From contig DASYYY010000021.1 in NCBI GenBank assembly GCA_035933635.1, positions 86,918-150,917 on the forward strand: a DNA stretch of 64,000 bases, in the 5' to 3' direction. The translations under genes and the position numbers were made by a program. Numbering within the stretch: position 1 is the stretch's first letter; each line of letters starts with the position of its first letter. Origin of the DNA: Thermoplasmata archaeon (GTDB lineage: Archaea > Thermoplasmatota > Thermoplasmata > Lutacidiplasmatales > UBA184). The notes under the pieces are model-generated. The model was not told where the DNA came from. It saw nothing but the letters and a program-made list of their open reading frames with translations, and made no database searches. This document shows positions 59,811 through 64,000 of this stretch, one piece after another.

Positions 59811-62273
59811 TCAGCCCGCTCGCGCGAGCGGCGGCCGGTCCGGGGCCGCCGCCACCGCGGTAGTAGCGGAGGAGGCCCCGTGCAACTCGAGGAACCTCCG
59901 GTCGACCTCCATCCACTCCAATCCCTTGACGATCCCTCGATCGGCCTCGGGGAAGGTGTGGGCGGCGAAGTACGCTCGGACCTCCGCCGGGCGCGTCGCC
60001 CCCAGGCACGGGATGGCGATCTCCATCGTCTTCGACAGCAGCGGAGTTCCGACCAGCAGCCGTTCGACGTCGGGGAGGTGCGCCCGGAGCCACGCCCACA
60101 CGAGTCCGGGTTCGCCGTCGCTCGCGGCAAGGCCATTGAGGAACGACCAACTGCGCGAGGCCGGCATGCGTGGGTCGAGCACCAGATCGAGCGCCCGAGC
60201 CACCGAATCCGGACCCCGTACCTGGGCGATCCCTGCGGCCATCATCCGCGCCACCTCCTCACTGGGCGCCGCAAACATCCGATCGCGGATCGACTCGAAG
60301 GCGACGGGTCCCCCGGTCCGGGCAAAGGCGATCACCGTCGACGAGCGCAGGTCGGGGTTGAGCGAGTCGAACGTCGCGAACCCGGCCGCGTGCTCGCGAG
60401 CGAAAGCCGGATCGGTCAACACGCGCCCGAGGGCCATACGGCCCCGGAGCAGCCCGACGGTCTCGGCTTCCCCCGGTTTGGGATCCAGACCGATCGCGTC
60501 CAACGCGGTGCGGAAGTAGTGCCCGAACGCGGACTGCAGCCGGGGCACCAGGGCCAGGTGGGGCCCGTAGTCCCCGAGGTCGAGCCAGACCTCGCCCCCC
60601 GTCAGCTGGTCGAGATGCTCGGCGGCCACCGTCAGCAACCGCTCGAACTGCTCGAGGGGGAGATCCCCGGATCGGACGAAGCCGTGGGCATCGAGTACCA
60701 GCGACCAGCGATCGACCGGGTCGAGCTGGCCGTACCCGGCGAGTACCCGATCGTACAGCTCGGGTGAGTACAGCACCCGATAGAACCCCCGGCGGCCGGG
60801 ATTGACCAGGATGCGCGGCGATCCCTTGATCGCGACCGCGCCCTCGCGTGCGTCGAGCAGCAGCAATCCCGGCGTGCCATCGAGCGTGTAGGTCAGCGGG
60901 ATCGGCCAGAGCTCCTCCGTCCGTTCCCCGGAGATGAGGTACCGGCGCTGGCGGAACCGCAGCTCGCCCCCCTCCTGGCGGACCTCCACGACCGGGTGGC
61001 CGTAGCTGCGCACCCAGCGCTCCATGATCTGGGTGACGGGCTGGCCGGCGGCCTCCTCCAGGCTCTTCCAGAGGTCCTGCGACCGGGCGTTCGCGTAGGA
61101 GAACTTCCTCAGGTAGTTCGTCACCCCCCGCCGGAACGGTTCCTCTCCGAGGAACGCCTCGATCATGGACAGTACGGCGGCGCCCTTGCCGTAGCTGATC
61201 TCGTCGGCGATCTGGCCGAGCTCGGTGGGCGCACGTACCTCGACGTCGATCGGATGGGTCGAGCGCAGGACATCGCCGCCGAACCCCCAGCGGGGGAACC
61301 GAAGCAGGAAGTCGCTCCAGGTGTCGAGCCCGGGGTACAGGGCCGAGTCGAGCTTGGCCTGCATGAACGTCGCGAAGCTCTCGTTGAGCCAGAAGTCGTT
61401 CCACCAGACCATCGTCACCAGGTTGCCGAACCACTGGTGGGCGATCTCGTGGGTGACCGTTTCGCGCACGAGCCGACGGTTCCGCGAGGTGGTCGTCGGG
61501 TCGACGAGGAGCTGGGTCTCGTGGAAGGCGATCGCCCCCCAGTTCTCCATCGCCCCGGCCCAGAAGTCCGGGACCGTGACGAGATGGAGCTTGGGCAGCG
61601 GATAGGGAATGCCGAAGTAGCGGTCGAACCCCTCGAGGACGCGCACGGCGTGCTCGAGGGCGAACTCCCCGGCCCGCTCGCGCCCCGGTGGGGTCGCCAC
61701 CGAGAGCTTCACCCCGCCCGACACCGCCTCGAGGTAGGCGAACGGCCCGACCCCGAGGTACATCACGTAGGTCGACATCTTCGGCGTCGGGGCGAAGACC
61801 ACCCGCCGCCGATCACCGAGCGGCTCGGTCGAGGTCGGGGGGGTGTTGAAGATCACCTCGCTGCCCGCCGGGCACGTCACGGTCACCTCGAAGACCGCCT
61901 TGCTGGCGGGGTCGTCGACGCACGGGAAGACCCGCCGCGCACCGCAAGGGTACATCATCGAGGTCACCAGGCTCGAGGTACCGAACGGGGACCGGTAGAG
62001 TCCGATGAGGCCCTTGGTCAGGATCGCGCCGGAGTAGACGACGGTCACCGAGTGGTCCCCCGGTACGACGTCGTCGATCACGAGCTGCTCGTTCTCCGGA
62101 TCCGGACGGAATGGGACCGGGCGCCCATCGAGCTCGACGCGCTCGACCTGCAGCTCCTTGGCGTGGAGTCGCACCGTAGAGTCGGTCCCGGTCAGCTCGA
62201 TCCGGACCCGCCCCCCGAACCGCTCGCCTCCACCGGCCAGATCCAGGTCGAGGCGGTAGCGGGGAGTTTCCAT
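59811..62273 (-). CDS. pepN: M1-family aminopeptidase (aminopeptidase N-like)
   Basis: GAMENWG exopeptidase motif. HEIAHQWFGNLVT...WLNESFA zinc site (HExxH-18-E). Start METPRYRL (ATG at 62273) instead of the 106-aa low-complexity ORF extension. Confidence 0.85.
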   Translation of the reverse strand: METPRYRLDLDLAGGGERFGGRVRIELTGTDSTVRLHAKELQVERVELDGRPVPFRPDPENEQLVIDDVVPGDHSVTVVYSGAILTKGLIGLYRSPFGTSSLVTSMMYPCGARRVFPCVDDPASKAVFEVTVTCPAGSEVIFNTPPTSTEPLGDRRRVVFAPTPKMSTYVMYLGVGPFAYLEAVSGGVKLSVATPPGRERAGEFALEHAVRVLEGFDRYFGIPYPLPKLHLVTVPDFWAGAMENWGAIAFHETQLLVDPTTTSRNRRLVRETVTHEIAHQWFGNLVTMVWWNDFWLNESFATFMQAKLDSALYPGLDTWSDFLLRFPRWGFGGDVLRSTHPIDVEVRAPTELGQIADEISYGKGAAVLSMIEAFLGEEPFRRGVTNYLRKFSYANARSQDLWKSLEEAAGQPVTQIMERWVRSYGHPVVEVRQEGGELRFRQRRYLISGERTEELWPIPLTYTLDGTPGLLLLDAREGAVAIKGSPRILVNPGRRGFYRVLYSPELYDRVLAGYGQLDPVDRWSLVLDAHGFVRSGDLPLEQFERLLTVAAEHLDQLTGGEVWLDLGDYGPHLALVPRLQSAFGHYFRTALDAIGLDPKPGEAETVGLLRGRMALGRVLTDPAFAREHAAGFATFDSLNPDLRSSTVIAFARTGGPVAFESIRDRMFAAPSEEVARMMAAGIAQVRGPDSVARALDLVLDPRMPASRSWSFLNGLAASDGEPGLVWAWLRAHLPDVERLLVGTPLLSKTMEIAIPCLGATRPAEVRAYFAAHTFPEADRGIVKGLEWMEVDRRFLELHGASSATTAVAAAPDRPPLARAG

Positions 62274-62298
62274 CACCCGGGGGACCGCGCGGTCCGCT

Positions 62299-63468
62299 TC
62301 AATTCTTCTGACGGGCGGTACGCTCCTTGGGCCAGAGCTCGCGAGCGGCCACGAGGTGCATGACCTCGTCGGTACCGTGGGCGACCCGCGCACTGCGGAG
62401 GTCACGGAGGCGTTGTGCGAACGGCAGCTCCTCCGAATAGCCGGCCCCGCCGTGGAAGTGCATGGCGTGGTCGACCGCGGTGAGCGCGGTCTGTCCGCAG
62501 TACCACTTCGCGAGGGCGGCGTCGCCTGCTGCTGCCGTCCCCTCGTCGAGCAGGGAGAGCGTTCGTTCCAAGAGACCCCACGCGGCCACAAGGCGCACGC
62601 GGTCCTCGACCAGCGGAAAGCTGACCGCCTCCTGGCTGGAGAGCGGGCGGCCCCCGACCCGACGGTCCGCGACCTGCTGAACGGTCTCGGCCCATGCGGC
62701 CCAGCCGACTCCCAGGTAGACCGCGCCGAGCAGCGCGCGCTCGTGGTCCAACTCGCGTCTGACGTACTCGAGCGCCCGGTCCTCTGCTCCGATCAACTGT
62801 CCTGGGGAGACCGGCACATCGGTGTATCGGACGGTGCCCCGCCGCATCCACCGTTCGCCGAAGTCGGGGAGGGCCCGTCGCTCGATCCCCGGCGTGGCCT
62901 GCGGAACGAGCCAGGCGCTGATCCCGGCAGGCGGCGTACCCGGGGCGGACGCGCGCCCGTACACGATCGCGGAGTCGGCCACGTCGGCGAACGCCACCTG
63001 GGTCTTTTCCCCGGTGAGGAGGTAGTTGTCATCGCGTCGTACCGCCCGAGTCTCGATCGATCCCAGATCCGATCCGGGGCCGGCTTCGGTTAGCTGGTTG
63101 CCCACGATACGCTCGCCTTCGATCAGCGGCGCGAAGTACCGATCGCGCAGCTCGGTGCCCCCGTGGGAGGCGAGCACGCTCGAAAACTCCGGCTGTAACG
63201 ACAGCTTCGCCGCGAGCGTGCCACCGCGTAGGGCCAGTTCGAACAGGCCGCGGGCGGCACGGAGCGAGGTCAGACCGCGCCCACCCAGTTCGACCGGGAT
63301 CGTGAGCCCCAGCAGCCGACGGCGCCCGAGTTCCCGGAACAGCTCCCGAGGAAACGTTCCGCTGCGGTCGCTGGCCCGTCCGATCGCGAGGAGGTCGGCG
63401 GCACGGTCCAGCTCGCCCACCTCCTCCCGGATCGTGTCGGGAGGGACCGGCGGCTCGCGCGGGTTCAT
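62299..63468 (-). CDS. Acyl-CoA dehydrogenase
   Basis: 389 aa. ACAD N-terminal, middle and C-terminal domain pattern (...QLTEAGPGSDLGSIETRAV...; ...HGGAGYSEELPFAQRLRDLR...). Confidence 0.8.
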   Translation of the reverse strand: MNPREPPVPPDTIREEVGELDRAADLLAIGRASDRSGTFPRELFRELGRRRLLGLTIPVELGGRGLTSLRAARGLFELALRGGTLAAKLSLQPEFSSVLASHGGTELRDRYFAPLIEGERIVGNQLTEAGPGSDLGSIETRAVRRDDNYLLTGEKTQVAFADVADSAIVYGRASAPGTPPAGISAWLVPQATPGIERRALPDFGERWMRRGTVRYTDVPVSPGQLIGAEDRALEYVRRELDHERALLGAVYLGVGWAAWAETVQQVADRRVGGRPLSSQEAVSFPLVEDRVRLVAAWGLLERTLSLLDEGTAAAGDAALAKWYCGQTALTAVDHAMHFHGGAGYSEELPFAQRLRDLRSARVAHGTDEVMHLVAARELWPKERTARQKN

Positions 63469-64000
63469 TCCGAGCCCCCGGGCGACACCCCGGGCGGAGG
63501 GTCGGCGCCCGTCACCCCCGACTCGGCCAACCGCCGGATGCGGTCGGGCGGGTAGCCGAGTAGGCTCCCCAAGATGCGCTCATTGTCCTGCCCCAACCAC
63601 GGCGCACCCCTCCACACCCCACCGGGGGTGTCGGTGAATTTGGGGACGATGCCCGCACCCTTCACCGGCCCGACGACCGGGTCGGTCCACTCGAGAAACA
63701 GGCCCCGGGCTCGGTAATGGGGATCCTCGGCGATTCCGGCGATGTCGTAGACTCGGGAGATCGCCAGATCGTGCTCGCGGCCGACCCGCTCGAGCTCGGC
63801 GACGGTCCTCGCCCCCACGAACCGCTGGATCGCCGGATCGACCTCCTCTCGGTGCTCGGTCCGGTACTGCATCGAATCGGTCGGGCCGGAGGGGAGCCCG
63901 ATCAGGTCGCGCAGCTTGGCCCAGGCGGCGGCGGTGGGCGCGGCCACGACGACCCAGCCGTCCTTGGCGGCGAGGACGTCGTACGGATGCAGCCGGGCGT
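63465..64000 (-). CDS. CoA-transferase family III (CaiB/BaiF) protein, partial (5' end beyond window)
   Basis: C-terminal CaiB/BaiF-like region (...VKGAGIVPKFTDTPGGVWRGAPWLGQDNERIL...). The reading frame stays open to the window edge (…ARLHPYDVLAAKDGWVVVAAPT…), so the ORF-track 'M' is an internal GTG. 4-bp overlap with the ACAD start. Confidence 0.65.
   Translation of the reverse strand, partial: ARLHPYDVLAAKDGWVVVAAPTAAAWAKLRDLIGLPSGPTDSMQYRTEHREEVDPAIQRFVGARTVAELERVGREHDLAISRVYDIAGIAEDPHYRARGLFLEWTDPVVGPVKGAGIVPKFTDTPGGVWRGAPWLGQDNERILGSLLGYPPDRIRRLAESGVTGADPPPGVSPGGSE

Overview
This 64 kb window is very GC-rich (about 65–70 % by eye), is densely coding, and carries most genes on the minus strand. 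In order, the contents are:
(1) A carbohydrate-utilisation gene array, all on the minus strand, made up of a partial ABC ATPase, a GH15 glucoamylase, transketolase, a ROK glucokinase and a second GH15 hydrolase.
(2) Acylphosphatase and a few hypothetical genes.
(3) A 2-oxoacid dehydrogenase complex operon, E1alpha-E1beta-E2-(second E1alpha)-E3, followed by lipB, an epimerase gene and an HsdR_N-like gene.
(4) An ABC-2 type exporter (one ATPase and two permeases) and a membrane-anchored clan GH-A-like glycoprotein.
(5) A roughly 16.5 kb lower-GC integrated mobile element (26169..42687). It is inserted at the 3' end of a tRNA-Ile(GAU) gene, is bounded by a 20-bp direct repeat, and carries a tyrosine integrase, a primase-polymerase/helicase replication protein, a serine recombinase, two DNA methyltransferases, an Hjc-like nuclease and small regulators. 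One of the methyltransferases is fused to an Mrr-like nuclease domain. Most notably, the element carries a tightly coupled two-gene module (29640..31521) that pairs an AAA_21/ABC-type ATPase with a PIN-domain nuclease. This looks like an uncharacterised Septu/PARIS/Gabija-like defence system.
(6) Housekeeping and metabolic genes (VOC protein, P-loop kinase, a GltD-like oxidoreductase), then three extracellular proteins, then VIT1, DUF72, MDR oxidoreductase, purT, acs, M1 aminopeptidase, acyl-CoA dehydrogenase and a partial CoA-transferase.

Several clues together suggest an archaeal, possibly Thermoplasmatota-like, host: the extracellular proteins are extremely rich in N-x-S/T sequons, TATA-like AT-rich hexamers sit 25–40 nt upstream of start codons, the tRNA has archaeal-type features, and many genes overlap as ATGA stop/start pairs. 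This assignment is inference only. No rRNA or CRISPR array was seen.
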